DNA of 64,000 nt from an uncultured Eubacteriales bacterium (GCA_964500895.1 CAZCQP010000006.1:9211-73210), one strand, 5' to 3'. Shown: positions 36,457-46,066, counted from the first letter of the stretch. Numbers and translations: made by a program. Notes: generated from the sequence alone by a model not told the origin.

Positions 36457-38481
36457 ATGCTTGATAATAACGCCATTGCCAATGCCATGGAGATCAAACT
36501 TGACCCCGTTCTGCCCGAATACCCGGCCTTCCAGCCGGGTATTCGTCGTGCACCGAACAGGGGTTTTCGTTTGTCCAAAGCACAGGCGGAAACTGCTTTA
36601 AAAAATGCCCTGCGTTATTTGCCGGAGGCCCTGCATGAACAAATGGCCCCGGAACTGATGGAAGAACTGGCCACCTATGGCCGCATTTATGCTTACCGGT
36701 TCCGCCCAGAAGGACGGCTCTATGGCAAGCCCATAGACGAATACAAGGGCAACTGCATTGAAGGCAAAGCTTTTCAAGTGATGATTGACAACAACCTAGA
36801 TTTTGAGACAGCACTGTATCCTTATGAACTGGTTACTTATGGTGAAACGGGCAGCGTATGCCAAAACTGGCTGCAATACCGGCTCATTATAAAGTATTTA
36901 GAAGTGATGACCAACCAGCAGACGTTGGTGGTGGAATCTGGCCATCCTTTAGGGCTGTTCCCTTCCCGGCCGGAAGCGCCCCGGGTGATTATCACCAACG
37001 CCCTGATGATTGGCATGTTCGACAACATTGACGACTGGGAAATTGCAGAACAAATGGGTGTGGCCAACTACGGGCAAATGACCGCTGGCGGCTGGATGTA
37101 CATAGGCCCACAAGGCATTGTGCATGGCACTTTTAACACCATTGTGAATGCCGGGCGGCTGAAACTGGGCATTGGCCAGGATGAAGATTTAAAAGGCCAT
37201 TTGTTTGTTACCAGTGGTTTGGGCGGCATGAGCGGTGCGCAACCCAAAGCCATTGAAATTGCAGGCGGCGTGGGCATCATTGCGGAAGTAGATAAATCCC
37301 GCATTGAAACCCGCCACAGCCAAGGCTGGGTGGGCAAAGTGTCTGACGACCTAGGCGAAGTGTTCGCCATGGCCAAGGACGCTTTGGAACAAAAAGTGCC
37401 CTTATCCATCGCATACCACGGCAACATTGTGGATTTGTTGCAGTATGCTGTGGATAACCACATCCATATTGAACTGTTATCCGACCAAACCTCCTGCCAC
37501 AACGTGTATGATGGGGGTTACTGCCCACAAGGGCTTACTTTTGAGCAACGCACGGACATGCTGGCCAAAGACCGGGAACAGTTTAAAAAGAGGGTGGATG
37601 CCTCCCTGCGCACCCACTTTAACTTAATCAAAACACTGACAGAACGGGGTTCTTACTTCTTCGATTACGGCAATTCCTTCTTGAAAGCCATTTTCGATGC
37701 AGGTGTGCAAGAAGTGTCTAAAAATGGGGTAGACGAAAAAGACGGCTTTATCTTCCCATCTTATGTGGAAGATATTTTAGGGCCGGAACTTTTCGATTAC
37801 GGCTACGGGCCTTTCCGCTGGGTGTGCTTAAGCGGTAACCCAGAAGATTTAGCCAAAACAGACCAAGCCGCCATGGATTGCATCGACCCCAACCGTTGCG
37901 GGCAAGACCGGGATAACTACATTTGGATTCGGGATGCCCAAAAGAACAAGCTGGTGGTGGGTACCCAGGCCCGCATTTTGTACCAGGATGCCATTGGCCG
38001 CACCCGCATTGCCTTGAAATTTAATGAAATGATTAAAAACGGCGAAATTGGGCCGGTGATGCTGGGCCGTGACCACCACGACGTAAGCGGCACAGATTCC
38101 CCCTTCCGGGAAACTTCCAACATTAAAGATGGTTCCAACGTGATGGCAGACATGGCCACCCAATGCTTTGCCGGAAATGCAGCCAGAGGCATGAGCTTAA
38201 TAGCGCTGCACAACGGGGGCGGCGTGGGCATTGGCAAGTCCATCAACGGCGGATTTGGCATGGTGCTGGACGGCAGCCACCGGGCTGGAGAAATCATTGC
38301 CTGTGCCATGATGTGGGACGTGATGGGTGGCGTGGCCAGACGCAGCTGGGCCAGGAACCAAAACGCCATCACCGTCAGCGTTGAATATAACAACATGGAA
38401 AAGGGCAAGGGGCACATTACTTTGCCGTACATCCCAAAAGAAAGCCTTGTAGAACAAACTGTGGGTCAATACTTTCAATAA
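36457..38481 (+). CDS. hutU: urocanate hydratase
   Basis: About 675 aa. TYGETGSVCQNW, GLGGMSGAQP and DHHDVSGTDSPFRETSN motifs. AAGGAG SD before the ATG at 36457. Confidence 0.95.
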   Translation: MLDNNAIANAMEIKLDPVLPEYPAFQPGIRRAPNRGFRLSKAQAETALKNALRYLPEALHEQMAPELMEELATYGRIYAYRFRPEGRLYGKPIDEYKGNCIEGKAFQVMIDNNLDFETALYPYELVTYGETGSVCQNWLQYRLIIKYLEVMTNQQTLVVESGHPLGLFPSRPEAPRVIITNALMIGMFDNIDDWEIAEQMGVANYGQMTAGGWMYIGPQGIVHGTFNTIVNAGRLKLGIGQDEDLKGHLFVTSGLGGMSGAQPKAIEIAGGVGIIAEVDKSRIETRHSQGWVGKVSDDLGEVFAMAKDALEQKVPLSIAYHGNIVDLLQYAVDNHIHIELLSDQTSCHNVYDGGYCPQGLTFEQRTDMLAKDREQFKKRVDASLRTHFNLIKTLTERGSYFFDYGNSFLKAIFDAGVQEVSKNGVDEKDGFIFPSYVEDILGPELFDYGYGPFRWVCLSGNPEDLAKTDQAAMDCIDPNRCGQDRDNYIWIRDAQKNKLVVGTQARILYQDAIGRTRIALKFNEMIKNGEIGPVMLGRDHHDVSGTDSPFRETSNIKDGSNVMADMATQCFAGNAARGMSLIALHNGGGVGIGKSINGGFGMVLDGSHRAGEIIACAMMWDVMGGVARRSWARNQNAITVSVEYNNMEKGKGHITLPYIPKESLVEQTVGQYFQ

Positions 38482-38543
38482 TTAAAAAGCTTCGTTCGCC
38501 CCCTGGGCGGACGAAGCTTTTAGACAAGAAAGGAACGAGTTTC

Positions 38544-39449
38544 ATGCCAAAATTAGTGGAATGCATCCCCAATTTCAGCGAAGGCCGGAACAAAGACGTG
38601 ATTGAAGCGCTGGTGGCTTGTGCCAAAAGCGCACCCGGCGTCATTTTGCTGGACCATTCTTCCGACGAAAGCCACAACCGCAGCGTGTTCACCCTTATCG
38701 GTGACCCAGAGAATTTGCAAGAAGCCGTTTTCCGCCTGGTGAAGCTGGCCAGCGAAAAAATAGACATGACCAAGCACACTGGGGAGCACCCCCGCATGGG
38801 TGCCACGGACGTGGTGCCTTTTGTGCCCGTGCAAGGGGTGACCATGGAGGAATGCGTGGCCATGGCCAAAGCAACCGCCCAGCGCATTAACCAGGAACTG
38901 AACATTCCCATCTTCCTGTACGAAGATGCCGCCACCAGCGAAGGCCGCCGGAATTTGGCGGTGGTGCGCAAAGGTCAATTTGAAGGAATGCCTGAAAAAC
39001 TGTTGCAGCCGGAATGGGCGCCGGATTTTGGTGAACGTAAAATTCACCCCACCGCCGGGGTAACGGCTGTTTCTGCCAGAATGCCTTTGGTGGCCTTCAA
39101 CGTGAACTTAAACACTGCCGACTTGTCCATCGCCAACAAAATTGCCAAGGTGGTGCGGGGTTCCAGCGGCGGGTTTAAATACTGCAAAGCCATTGGGGTC
39201 ATGCTGGAAGACCGGAACATTGCCCAAGTATCCATGAACATGGTGAACTACGAGGGCACACCTTTATACCTGGCTTATGAAACCATTCGCATGGAAGCCA
39301 AACGGTATGGTGTGTCCATTCTGGGCAGCGAAATCATTGGGGTAACCCCTGCCAAAGCCCTCATTGACAGTGCCCTGTACTACATGCAGGTGGAAGATTT
39401 TGACTACAACAAGCAAGTGCTGGAAAACCACGTGATTGCCAATTCATGA
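38544..39449 (+). CDS. ftcD: glutamate formimidoyltransferase
   Basis: The LVECIPNFSEGRN N-terminus is characteristic of the family. 301 aa. Confidence 0.92.
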   Translation: MPKLVECIPNFSEGRNKDVIEALVACAKSAPGVILLDHSSDESHNRSVFTLIGDPENLQEAVFRLVKLASEKIDMTKHTGEHPRMGATDVVPFVPVQGVTMEECVAMAKATAQRINQELNIPIFLYEDAATSEGRRNLAVVRKGQFEGMPEKLLQPEWAPDFGERKIHPTAGVTAVSARMPLVAFNVNLNTADLSIANKIAKVVRGSSGGFKYCKAIGVMLEDRNIAQVSMNMVNYEGTPLYLAYETIRMEAKRYGVSILGSEIIGVTPAKALIDSALYYMQVEDFDYNKQVLENHVIANS

Positions 39450-39462
39450 AATGGGTGAAGAA

Positions 39463-40092
39463 ATGAAGCTAACAGAGATGACGGTTTCTCAATTTATAGA
39501 TACCCTTTATTCCGATGCACCTGCCCCTGGTGGCGGCAGCGCGGCGGCATTGTCCGGGGCGCTGGGCATAAGCCTGGTGGCCATGGTAGCCGCCTTAACC
39601 GCCGGAAAAGAGAAGTACAAGGAATATGACGCCTTGATGCAGGATATTCTGGAAAGAAGCCAGGGTTTAAAGGAAAAGCTGACACACGCCATAGACGCAG
39701 ACACAGAAGCTTTTAACGGGGTTAGCGCTGTGTTTGCCATGCCTAAAGCCACAGAGGAAGACAAGGCCAACCGCAAAGCCGCCATGCAGGAAGCGCTGAA
39801 AGAAGCAGCACGGGTGCCCTTGGATGTAATGCATTTAGCGGTAGATGCATTGGGCTTGGCGGAAGCCGCTCTGGGCAAAGCAAACCCCAACGCCGCCAGT
39901 GACTTAGGGGTGGCTGCCATTCAGTTAAAAACAGCCCTTCAAGGGGCGTGGCTGAACGTGTGCATCAATTTATCGGGCATTCAAGACGAAAGTTTTGTGG
40001 CCGATTGCCGGGCGAAAGGGCAAGCTTGCCTGAACCGGGGCGTGGCCTATGCAGACCGGGTGTATGAAGGGATCTTAAGTCAGGTACAATAA
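39463..40092 (+). CDS. fchA: formimidoyltetrahydrofolate cyclodeaminase (cyclodeaminase/cyclohydrolase family)
   Basis: APAPGGGSAAALSGALGISLVAMV motif. The start is uncertain (39436-39463). Confidence 0.85.
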   Translation: MKLTEMTVSQFIDTLYSDAPAPGGGSAAALSGALGISLVAMVAALTAGKEKYKEYDALMQDILERSQGLKEKLTHAIDADTEAFNGVSAVFAMPKATEEDKANRKAAMQEALKEAARVPLDVMHLAVDALGLAEAALGKANPNAASDLGVAAIQLKTALQGAWLNVCINLSGIQDESFVADCRAKGQACLNRGVAYADRVYEGILSQVQ

Positions 40093-40108
40093 CGATTTGG
40101 GCTGCCTT

Positions 40109-40462
40109 TTAAAAGACCTTGGGAAACTTTTTCAGGAAAAAGTTTCCCAAACCCTTCAAAAAGCCTTTACCTTAAATGCCGCAAAGCGGCATTTAATAAA
40201 GTTTTTGCACCGCTTTTTTTCAAAAAGCGGTTAGGGTTCGGGGCAAAGCCCCGAGGTTTTTTATCAGCTGTGGATAGCCTCAGATTGTTGACAAAAGACA
40301 TTGGGAAACTTTTTCGGGAAAAAGTTTCCCAAACTCTTCAAAAAGCCTTTACCGTAAATGCCGCAAAGCGGCATTTAATAAAGTTTTTGCACCGCTTTTT
40401 TTAAAAAGCGGTTAGGGTTCGGGGCAAAGCCCCCAGGTTTTTATCAGTTGTCGACAGCCTGG
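40109..40462. repeat. two copies (period about 182 bp) of the multi-hairpin repeat family, flanked by a 10-bp direct repeat
   Basis: Reverse-complement homologue of 25836-26268. GGGCTGCCTT at 40099-40108 is repeated at 40463-40472. Confidence 0.85.
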
Positions 40463-40463
40463 G

Positions 40464-40499
40464 GGCTGCCTTGCAAAGGAAAAGCAAGGCAGCCTTTTT
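40464..40499 (+). terminator. intrinsic terminator of the glm-hut operon
   Basis: Stem GGCTGCCTTGC / GCAAGGCAGCC (11 bp) followed by TTTTT. Confidence 0.8.
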
Positions 40500-40501
40500 A
40501 G

Positions 40502-40885
40502 TTACCTAAGAATGTTTCGCTTACAGGCGCTTACCGGGTACCAGCTACAATCCCCGCAAATATCATCCATTATAGAGGCAGTCATTGTTGCATGAATCAT
40601 GCGGATAAGGTCTTGGTAAATGTAGCGCTTTTCTTCAAGACCAAAATAGTGCATCACCTTCATATCATAACGTTTAACCTTCTCGTTATCCACACACACA
40701 TCCACACCAAGCATGTTGGGGCACTTGCTGCAAATGTCATCGGTGGAGCACACAATGTCAATGGTAGCAGTGGCATCGTTGCGCAAGTGGTTGGTTATGG
40801 CCGTCATGTTTTCAACAAAAGCATGGCTGTATCCTTTGCCGCTGTACCCTTGGGTACACAACAAATGGTGGGGGCGTAACTTCAT
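40502..40885 (-). CDS. DUF1284 domain protein
   Basis: MKLRPHHLLCTQGYSGKGYS N-terminus plus Cys-rich motifs. Confidence 0.7.
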   Translation of the reverse strand: MKLRPHHLLCTQGYSGKGYSHAFVENMTAITNHLRNDATATIDIVCSTDDICSKCPNMLGVDVCVDNEKVKRYDMKVMHYFGLEEKRYIYQDLIRMIHATMTASIMDDICGDCSWYPVSACKRNILR

Positions 40886-41436
40886 ACATACACCTTGCTT
40901 TTTAAGAGCGCTGTTTTAATGCTCTTGCCTAAAACCGCCGTTAAAGCAATCTTTACAAGGCTTGTGGGGATAAAGGGAAGCACACAGGCGAAAAAGGCGG
41001 TTGCTAGGCTGCTGGATAAAACCAAGCTAAAATAAAACATACCGCAAAGGTAATTGATGACGGTGCCTGTTACAAGCCCAACCACCAACCAAACTTTGTC
41101 ATTGTTACGCCCTCCCAACCCGGCAGTTAAAGCCAAGATGGGGAAGGAAAGAATAAAGCCGCCTGTTGGGCCAAAAACAATGCCCAAGCCCCCCGTAAAC
41201 TCTGCAAAAACAGGGGCGCCCATGGAACCAAGCAGAACATAAAACAATGTTGCCCATGTGCCTTTTTTGACGCCCAGTACAATGCCTGCAAGAGGAATGG
41301 CGAATGTTTGCAACGTCATGGGTACACCATAGGGCATAGGAATGCTGATTTGTGCACATATGGTTATGATGGTTGTGAAAAGGCCAATGTGGCAAAGGTC
41401 TTGGGGTGACAGTTTTTTGGGGTTCATTTGCATCAT
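40882..41436 (-). CDS. bioY: biotin transporter BioY
   Basis: VPMTLQTFAIPLAGIVLG ... GPTGGFILSFP. The start is ambiguous (41427-41436). ATGA overlap with the DUF1284 gene. Confidence 0.9.
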   Translation of the reverse strand: MMQMNPKKLSPQDLCHIGLFTTIITICAQISIPMPYGVPMTLQTFAIPLAGIVLGVKKGTWATLFYVLLGSMGAPVFAEFTGGLGIVFGPTGGFILSFPILALTAGLGGRNNDKVWLVVGLVTGTVINYLCGMFYFSLVLSSSLATAFFACVLPFIPTSLVKIALTAVLGKSIKTALLKSKVYV

Positions 41437-41480
41437 TGCTCCTATGTATATTTGCTTTATTATACATGGGAGAAAATATA

Positions 41481-41512
41481 TTGTCAACCAACGATTAATT
41501 AGTGGTTGACAA
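41481..41512. promoter_or_regulatory. BirA operator (bioO-like dyad) upstream of bioY
   Basis: TTGTCAACC (41481-41489), 14 nt, GGTTGACAA (41504-41512): a perfect 9-bp inverted repeat spanning the birA stop codon. Confidence 0.7.
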
Positions 41513-42491
41513 TTGTTTGGATGCTTATTTCCCCAGAGGAAAGAAAAAGCACCTCACCGTTAGCTTTTTTCACCATTAAGCGCCCCATGGCATCAATATC
41601 CAGCGCCATGGCCCTGTAAGGTTCCCCATTGCCTGTAACCAAAATTTCTTGCCCAAGCCAAAGCAACCGCTGCTTGTATTTTTCCAGCATTTCCTTTTCC
41701 TTATGGGGGTGCGCTGGAGTGGTTAAACGGTTGACAATTTCGGCAGCAAGGTGATTTCTGGTGGTTGACGGAGGGCCTTCTGGAAAAATAGACGCTGCAA
41801 TCTGCCGTAAATCTTCTGGAAAGGCCATGGCCGGTGTACTGAAGTTGATGCCGATGCCCACCACAATCCATTGGATATTGCCGCTTTCAAAATCTGTGAC
41901 TGCTTCAGTTAAAATGCCGCATATCTTTTTGCTTTCTAAATATATATCGTTCACCCATTTGATTTGGGGGTTTTTCTCTGTAATGGCTTCAATGGCTTCG
42001 CATACTGCCACGGCGGCAAGGGCTGTCACCAATGTGGGGGTATGAAGCCCAAGCTGCCCGGGATGCAGAACCATACTCATGTAGATGCCGTGCCCAGCCG
42101 GTGAATAAAATGCCCGGCCATACCGCCCTTGTCCTGCTGTTTGGCAATCGGTTATAATGGTTGTGCCATGTTCCGCCCCGGCAATGGCCATTTCTTTTGC
42201 GGTTTTATTGGTAGATGCACAGGCATCGTATATTAAAATCTTTTCCGCCATTGGTGTTTGCAACAAAAAGGGTAGCATTCCTTGAACAGATAAAATGTCG
42301 TTATCCCCGCAAAGACAATAGCCCTTGTTGGTAATCCCTTGAATCTTATAGCCCTCTTTTTCCAGTTCCTTAATGGCTTTCCACACAGCATTGCGGCTGA
42401 TGTGAAGCTGTTGGGCTATGAAGCTGCCCGATATATTTTGGCCCCGTTTGCTTTCAAGCAAAGCAAGGACATTTTGTTTTGTACCCATCAT
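41499..42491 (-). CDS. birA: bifunctional biotin-[acetyl-CoA-carboxylase] ligase / biotin operon repressor BirA
   Basis: N-terminal HTH (ISGSFIAQQLHISRNAVWKAIKELEKEG) and a ligase core (TDCQTAGQGRYGR). Start placed at the MMGTKQ ATG. Confidence 0.9.
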   Translation of the reverse strand: MMGTKQNVLALLESKRGQNISGSFIAQQLHISRNAVWKAIKELEKEGYKIQGITNKGYCLCGDNDILSVQGMLPFLLQTPMAEKILIYDACASTNKTAKEMAIAGAEHGTTIITDCQTAGQGRYGRAFYSPAGHGIYMSMVLHPGQLGLHTPTLVTALAAVAVCEAIEAITEKNPQIKWVNDIYLESKKICGILTEAVTDFESGNIQWIVVGIGINFSTPAMAFPEDLRQIAASIFPEGPPSTTRNHLAAEIVNRLTTPAHPHKEKEMLEKYKQRLLWLGQEILVTGNGEPYRAMALDIDAMGRLMVKKANGEVLFLSSGEISIQTIVNH

Positions 42492-42540
42492 TGGATTGGC
42501 CACACTTTCTGGTGATGATGTGAAGGATTGCCCATCAAGC

Positions 42541-42915
42541 TCATGTACCCGCATTTTCTTTGTTGTTTAGATGGGCCTTAATCTTTTGAAAGGTTACCTC
42601 GTTAAGATGATGTTCAATTTTGCAGGCATCCTCGTCTGCAATGTGTTCTGGAACGCCAATGCCCATTAAAGCCTGCTTTAAAATGCTGTGCCGCTCTAAA
42701 ATGGCGTTTGCCTTTTGCCCGCCAAGTTCTGTAAAGGTAATCAATCCATGGGTATCTATATGAATGAGCTGGGCAGCTTTTAGTTTTTTCATGGCCTCAC
42801 TAATGCTTGGCTTAGCATAGCCTGTTTCATTCACAACATCTATAGAGCGCACTTGCCCCAAGCGTTTGCTTAAGATTAAAATGGTTTCTAAATAGTGCTC
42901 TGCCGATTCTTTCAA
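42541..42915 (-). CDS. DtxR/IdeR/MntR-family metal-dependent transcriptional regulator
   Basis: SAEHYLETILIL ... VRSIDVVNETGYAKPSISEAMKKL. 124 aa (no SH3-like domain). Confidence 0.85.
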   Translation of the reverse strand: MKESAEHYLETILILSKRLGQVRSIDVVNETGYAKPSISEAMKKLKAAQLIHIDTHGLITFTELGGQKANAILERHSILKQALMGIGVPEHIADEDACKIEHHLNEVTFQKIKAHLNNKENAGT

Positions 42916-43001
42916 CGCATATCACCTCCAGCATAGCTTACCATACCTACACTGAATTAACAATATCACTGTTGTGGCGTAGAGCACACACGGCCAGGCA
43001 A

Positions 43002-43178
43002 TCAAGGTGTATACATGTCTCCTTTTGCACGGGTACAGCCGGTGCATCCTTTGCAACCAGCGCACCCGTGTTTTCCTGCCTTTTTGTCCCGATACAGCTT
43101 CTGTGCAACAAGAAGAATGCCACCAAACACGACACCTGCCACCAGCATGGTGGGCAGATTTTGAATGATAAAACCCAT
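43002..43178 (-). CDS. FeoB-associated Cys-rich membrane peptide (58 aa)
   Basis: Hand-translated as MGFIIQNLPTMLVAGVVFGGILLVAQKLYRDKKAGKHGCAGCKGCTGCTRAKGDMYTP. Below the ORF-track size cut-off. Lies directly downstream of feoB. Confidence 0.75.
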   Translation of the reverse strand: MGFIIQNLPTMLVAGVVFGGILLVAQKLYRDKKAGKHGCAGCKGCTGCTRAKGDMYTP

Positions 43179-43190
43179 ACAATCACCCCT

Positions 43191-45332
43191 CTACTTTTCT
43201 TCTGCCGGTTTTCTAAACAATAAAAACAGCAATACTAAAACCAATGCCACAGCCACCGCCGTCCAAAGGGTCAGTGCGCCTGTTGTAACAAACAACCCCA
43301 GCTGGTAGATAATTAGGGCAATCACATAAGCAAACCCGCACATGTAGCCGATGGCAATAGCCGTCCACTTGGGGCTGTTCATTTCACGCTTGATGGCACC
43401 CATAGCCGCAAAGCAAGGGGCGCACAGCAGGTTAAACACAAGGAACGCATAAGCAGAAAGCCCTGTAAAATGTAATGCAATGGGGGACAATCCCTCAAAA
43501 GCGCCTGCTTCAACCATGGTGAGTGTTTCGCCTCCAATGCCAAAAAGAACCCCGAATACCCCCACCACTTCTTCCTTTGCAACCAGCCCCATGATGGTGG
43601 CCACCGTGGCTTGCCAAGAGCCAAAGCCCAGCGGCGCAAAGAGTGGCGCCACAATATTGCCAATGGTTGCAAGCATACTGTGGTTCATATCCTCCACCAT
43701 TCCAAAACCGGCATCTCCCCATCCGAACCCGGATAGAAACCAAATAACCACACTGGCAAGCAGAATAACGGTTCCTGCCCGTTGAATGAAGGACCACCCA
43801 CGCTCCCAAGTGCTGCGAAAAATGTTAGAAAAGGTTGGGGCGTGATAGGCGGGCAGTTCCATGACAAAGGGGGCAGGGTTACCAGCAAACAACCGGCTCT
43901 TTTTCAAAATAACGCCCGAAATGACGATGGCTGCAATGCCCATAAAGTAGGCGCTGGGGCCAACCCACCATGCACCGCCGAATAGTGCGCCGGCAATTAA
44001 CGCCACCATGGGCATCTTGGCACCACAAGGGATGAAAGTGGTGGTCATAATGGTCATTTTGCGGTCACGGTCCGTTTCGATGGTGCGGGAAGCCATAACA
44101 CCCGGTACACCACAGCCGGAGCCGATGAGCATCGGGATAAAGCTTTTGCCGGAAAGGCCAAACTTGCGGAAAATGCGGTCCATGATGAAAGCCACACGTG
44201 CCATGTACCCGCAGTCTTCCAACAGGGAAAGCAGCAAAAACAGAACAAACATCTGGGGCACAAACCCGAGCACACCACCCACACCGCCGATGATGCCGTC
44301 CACAATAAGCCCGGTGAGCCACGGTGCAACATGGATACCGTCCAAAAAGTTCCCCACCGCAGGCAACACCCATTCCCCAAATATAGTTTCGTTGGTAAAG
44401 TCGGTAAGTGTTGCGCCTAAGGTGGTAATGGAAAGGTAGTACACCAAAAACATCACGGCGGCGAAGATGGGCAACGCCAAAATGCGATTGGTGACAATGC
44501 GGTCAATCTTGTCTGAAACAGTCAGGCTGCCGGCAGGTGCTTTCTTTTTCACGCAGGCAGACACCAATTTGGATATGTATGCATACCGTTGGTTGGTCAT
44601 GATGCTCTCTGCATCATCGTCCTGCTCCATCTCGCATTCCACAATATGCTGTTCCAAGTGTTGCAACTGTTCGGCAGATAAGTTTAGCTTTTCCAGCACT
44701 TTTGCATCCCGTTCAAATACCTTAATGGCAAACCACCGCATGCTTTGGGCTGAAACTTCCCCTTGCAGGGATTCCTCTATATGTGCAATGGCATGTTCCA
44801 CACTGCCCTCAAAGGTGCAGGGCACAAAATACTTTGCGTTTTCCTTAGCCGCTGCAACGGCTTGTTGTGCGGCTGCTTTTGTGCCTTCGCCTTTCAGCGC
44901 AGACATGGTTACAACCGGGCAGCCCAAAGCTTTAGACAGCTTATCCACCCTAATTTCATCCCCGTTTTTGCGCAAGGTGTCCATCATATTCAGCGCCACC
45001 ACCACCGGAATACCAAGCTCTATGAGCTGGGTGGTCAAATAAAGGTTTCTTTCAATGTTGGTGGCATCCACAATGTTTAAAATGGCATCCGGCTGTTCCT
45101 CCACCAAATATTCCCTGGTTACCACCTCTTCCAACGTATAGGGCGAGAGGGAGTAGATACCCGGCAAGTCTTGAATGGTTACGCTTTTGTCGCCCTTTAG
45201 CTTACCTTCCTTTTTCTCAACAGTTACCCCGGGCCAGTTGCCCACATACTGGGCGTTGCCTGTTAAATCATTAAAAAGCGTTGTCTTGCCGCAGTTGGGG
45301 TTACCGGCAAGCGCAATTTTTATCTCTACCAT
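43191..45332 (-). CDS. feoB: ferrous iron transporter FeoB
   Basis: N-terminal G domain (GNPNCGKTTLFN, DLPGIYS) and a polytopic membrane domain. 713 aa. Confidence 0.96.
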   Translation of the reverse strand: MVEIKIALAGNPNCGKTTLFNDLTGNAQYVGNWPGVTVEKKEGKLKGDKSVTIQDLPGIYSLSPYTLEEVVTREYLVEEQPDAILNIVDATNIERNLYLTTQLIELGIPVVVALNMMDTLRKNGDEIRVDKLSKALGCPVVTMSALKGEGTKAAAQQAVAAAKENAKYFVPCTFEGSVEHAIAHIEESLQGEVSAQSMRWFAIKVFERDAKVLEKLNLSAEQLQHLEQHIVECEMEQDDDAESIMTNQRYAYISKLVSACVKKKAPAGSLTVSDKIDRIVTNRILALPIFAAVMFLVYYLSITTLGATLTDFTNETIFGEWVLPAVGNFLDGIHVAPWLTGLIVDGIIGGVGGVLGFVPQMFVLFLLLSLLEDCGYMARVAFIMDRIFRKFGLSGKSFIPMLIGSGCGVPGVMASRTIETDRDRKMTIMTTTFIPCGAKMPMVALIAGALFGGAWWVGPSAYFMGIAAIVISGVILKKSRLFAGNPAPFVMELPAYHAPTFSNIFRSTWERGWSFIQRAGTVILLASVVIWFLSGFGWGDAGFGMVEDMNHSMLATIGNIVAPLFAPLGFGSWQATVATIMGLVAKEEVVGVFGVLFGIGGETLTMVEAGAFEGLSPIALHFTGLSAYAFLVFNLLCAPCFAAMGAIKREMNSPKWTAIAIGYMCGFAYVIALIIYQLGLFVTTGALTLWTAVAVALVLVLLFLLFRKPAEEK

Positions 45333-45394
45333 TGTTTCCTCCTTGCAGGTTAGCTTAGCCTAACCCATGCTTAAAAATATAGGCCGTGCCTGTT

Positions 45395-45619
45395 TTACTC
45401 CACTTCAATCATCTGTGCGTCTGCTTTCCTAACCGAAAGCGCATACCCACGCACATTTAATTCAATAGGGTCGCCCAGTGGGGCAACCTTACGCACCAGT
45501 ATGGTGGTGCCCTTTGTGATGCCCATGTCCATAATGCGGCGCTTTGTGGCACCTTCCCCGTGCAGTTTGATCACTGTGGTGCTTTGCCCAACAGGAACGT
45601 CGTTTAATGTTTTCATCAT
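45395..45619 (-). CDS. feoA: FeoA-family protein
   Basis: 74-aa SH3-like FeoA (LGDPIELNVRGYALSVRKADA). Confidence 0.88.
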   Translation of the reverse strand: MMKTLNDVPVGQSTTVIKLHGEGATKRRIMDMGITKGTTILVRKVAPLGDPIELNVRGYALSVRKADAQMIEVE

Positions 45620-45634
45620 ATACCTCCATTTAAC

Positions 45635-45847
45635 CTAAACCATAATTCGGTTTGCCATGGTTTCATCTAATGCAATACGGCTGTCTTTCACCGAAAGAAT
45701 TAAGTTTCCCGCAAGTTTTGCTATAACGGTCACCTCTGAACCAACAACAAAGCCAAGCTGGGCAAGGTGTTGCCGCACATCGTCTTTGCCGGTGATTCTG
45801 CGAATGGGGTTGGTATCCCCAATGCTTGCCATTGTTAAGGGCATCAT
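45635..45847 (-). CDS. feoA: FeoA-family protein (second copy)
   Basis: About 70 aa. LAQLGFVVGSEVTV ... NLILSVKDSRIAL. AAGGAGG SD before the ATG at 45847. Confidence 0.85.
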   Translation of the reverse strand: MMPLTMASIGDTNPIRRITGKDDVRQHLAQLGFVVGSEVTVIAKLAGNLILSVKDSRIALDETMANRIMV

Positions 45848-45879
45848 TGAGACCTCCTTAAAGTTAAGTATGCACATGA

Positions 45880-45931
45880 GGTTAGGGGAGACTAACTCAA
45901 AGTGCTAATAATTGGTTAGTCATAACTAACC
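45880..45931. promoter_or_regulatory. two DtxR-box-like dyads (GGTTAG-N6-CTAAC) in the feo leader
   Basis: GGTTAGGGGAGACTAAC (45880-45896) and GGTTAGTCATAACTAACC (45914-31). The second directly abuts the -10. Confidence 0.55.
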
Positions 45932-45940
45932 TGTGCCATT

Positions 45941-45969
45941 AATATAGCATAGTCTTTTTACTTTGTCAA
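45941..45969 (-). promoter_or_regulatory. sigma-A promoter of the feo operon
   Basis: On the minus strand: TTGACA (45969-45964), 17 nt, TATATT (45946-45941). Confidence 0.65.
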
Positions 45970-46066
45970 GATGCGCTGTTAGAAAGCTAGTTAAAGAAAG
46001 AGCCAAACTGGTTTTTGATGATGTTTTCTATTTATCCGTTTGTCAAACTGTCGCTCACGAGGTGTA

